64,000 bases of DNA from Octopus bimaculoides (lineage: Eukaryota), in the NCBI RefSeq assembly GCF_001194135.2, contig NC_069004.1, positions 31,924,732-31,988,731 of the forward strand, given 5' to 3'. Below are positions 61,781 to 64,000 of the stretch, one piece after another. Under the pieces are notes generated by a model. That model saw nothing but the letters and a program-made list of their open reading frames with translations. It searched no databases and was not told where the DNA came from. Position 1 is the stretch's first letter, and each line of letters opens with the position of its first letter. A program made the translations under genes and the position numbers.

Positions 61781-62510
61781 AGTTCATGTTAACAGGAAAT
61801 GCCAGTAAAAGACACAGGTTATTGGACAACCATAAATGACATCACAGTTTACAGTACGTGGCGTAATGGTTTGAGGATTCGGCTCATGATCATAAGGTTA
61901 TGAGTTCGATTCCCATCTGTACACTGTGTCACCATCTGTAGCGTAGTTCACTGCAAATTTGTAACATTCACACAAAGAAGCCTGCGTATGCGAGCATCCA
62001 GCCATAGACACCACGCCAAAGCAGAGTTTGCAGTATGATGCAGTCCTTGGACCCATCGAATCCTTGTGAAACCGTCCGACCCATACCAGCATGAAGCGTG
62101 GACGTTAAATGATGATAGCAATATGTGTATTAAAACAACAAGGTCACAGAGATTTCCAAATAAAATCAATATCAAAAACGAAAAATACAAACAACCAACA
62201 CATCTTTTGCCGACAAATTCAAAGAAAATAAACATTAAGCCACAAAACTAACAACCAACCAAAAGAAAACAAATCAATTAGCAGAACAAATAGCTAACAG
62301 TTCTCACCTGAAGAGTGCAAAAGCATGAAACTTTAATCATAAAATAAATATTCAAGAATGTTTATCTTCCATATTAATTTAGCACACATTAGGTGTGTAT
62401 GTATACACATGTATTTAATTATATATATTTGTGTGTGTGTGTGTTTTATAACTTCAATGAAAGGATCAAGAAAATCACCATACAATGAAAGTACGTTTTC
62501 AGACAGAGCA

Positions 62511-62586
<76 letters not shown>

Positions 62587-62639
62587 GACACAATTACCAC
62601 AATGTCGGGTCAACATATTTTGTGTGTATGTGTGTGGTG

Positions 62640-62950
62640 AAGGCATGCAGCTTAGTGGTTAGCATATTTGGCTAACGATCATAAGGCTTTGAGTTTGATT
62701 TCTTGTGGGACATTGTGTTCTTGAGCAAGACACTTTATTTCCCATAGCTCCAGTCCACTCAGCTGGCAAAAATGAGTTGCACCTGTAATTCAAAAGAGCA
62801 ACTTTGTCACACTCTGTGTCACGCTGAATCTCCCTGAGTACTACATTAAGGGTACATGTGTCTGTGGAGTACTCGGCCACTTGCACATTAATTTCACGAG
62901 TAGGCTGTTCAATTGATTAATTCAACTGGAACATTCATCAAATCAATGAA
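62640..62950 (+). mobile_element. SINE family C
   Basis: gcagcttagtggttagc head and CORE-like body. Confidence 0.85.
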
Positions 62951-62971
62951 ATGCCAGTATAGTATAGTATA

Positions 62972-63014
<43 letters not shown>

Positions 63015-63268
63015 AATACATATACATATGTATGTATGTATATAACTTGTTTTTGAGTGTGTTTCTTTAGCCTTTATTTTGTGTGGGAAGGGGTGCATTT
63101 TAAAAGTGTTCTCACAACCAATTTAAATACACTTGCATCTTTAACGAGGTCACATAAATAATTAATTAGAAAAAAACAGATTTTTTCACAAGAGACATTT
63201 CAACATCAAAAAGCAGCGAAGAAAATATTTGTAAAATAGATGAGAGAACGAGCGAAAAGATGCGACTT

Positions 63269-63462
63269 TCATTCCAGCTGCATCACTGCAGCTGATGCGA
63301 GACTACTTATAGAATCAGTGGAGCAGATTGTTGTGTCACCTCTTAGCTGGTGTATGTTTGTTGGAAATGCAGCAGATAGCTTTGCGAAATCTGGTGTTGT
63401 AGGGGCCATGTTGGGACCAGGATGATTTGTGAACACTGTGGCCCTCCCATCGTAACTGACGG
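63269..63462 (-). CDS. Candidate terminal coding exon of a gene entering from the right edge: VSYDGRATVFTNHPGPNMAPTTPDFAKLSAAFPTNIHQLRGDTTICSTDSISSLASAAVMQLE*
   Basis: High-complexity, GC-richer island with 64 open codons between microsatellites; acceptor (caaacaaaag|) is weak; no family recognised. Confidence 0.4.
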
Positions 63463-64000
63463 CTTTTGTTTGATGCAAAGATTTTTAAAACGAGAAATTT
63501 TGAAATGTTACTCTACGTATGATGGGGGTTGCTTTATAGATTGAACAATAATTTGTACCGTATAACTTTTAATGACATACACATACGTGCAGATACATAA
63601 GTACTTACATACATACACACACATATACTTACATACATATATATCTATATACATGCATATACTTCCATACACACATACATATATATGCACACATATACTT
63701 ACATATATACATATGTACACATATAGATATATATACATACATACGCATATATATAAACTTATATATATATATATACATATATATATATACATACATTTAC
63801 ATACACACACATATATACATATACACACATATATATATATATATATATACACATACATATATATATGCATATATACATACATATACGTACACATACATAT
63901 ATATATATACACATACATATATATATGCATATGCATATATACATATACGTACACATACATATATATATATATATATATGCATATGCATATATACATACAT

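Noticed and set aside
6-64000. The many His/Thr/Tyr/Ile/Cys/Val- or Ser/Leu-rich ORFs in the track (e.g. 6..485, 9430..10035, 40074..40838, 41512..42348, 63508..63996)
   Set aside because: They are translations of (CA)n, (TA)n, (TG)n and (CT)n microsatellites, open on both strands in several frames.
47946-64000. MACPF or other downstream modules making this a full C6-like gene
   Set aside because: No convincing coding exons on + in the sequenced part; only the gaps remain unexamined.

Overview
AT-rich eukaryotic genomic DNA from a draft scaffold with 10 N-gaps. The microsatellite load and four recurring tRNA-derived SINE families point to an octopus (coleoid cephalopod); this is recognised from repeat style and not confirmed by a search. 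Most of the window is microsatellites, SINEs, MITEs and decayed LINE or DNA transposon fragments, and nearly all ORFs in the supplied track are microsatellite or N artefacts. The main result is a complete, phase-consistent four-coding-exon gene on the + strand (39006-39072, 42719-42886, 46262-46435, 47713-47945; 642 nt, 213 aa), only partly visible in the ORF track. It encodes signal peptide-TSP1-TSP1-LDLa-GPI-type tail, the module order of the complement C6 N-terminus but with no MACPF visible. Its GPI tail is read through a consensus splice donor. About 175 nt past the stop is a near-perfect 103-bp inverted repeat containing both candidate AATAAA signals and an A:C mismatch inside the first one. 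Weaker evidence supports a second spliced gene on the - strand (about 33 kb to 0.6 kb) and a probable terminal exon at 63.3-63.5 kb. Coordinates of SINE/LINE copies are approximate.
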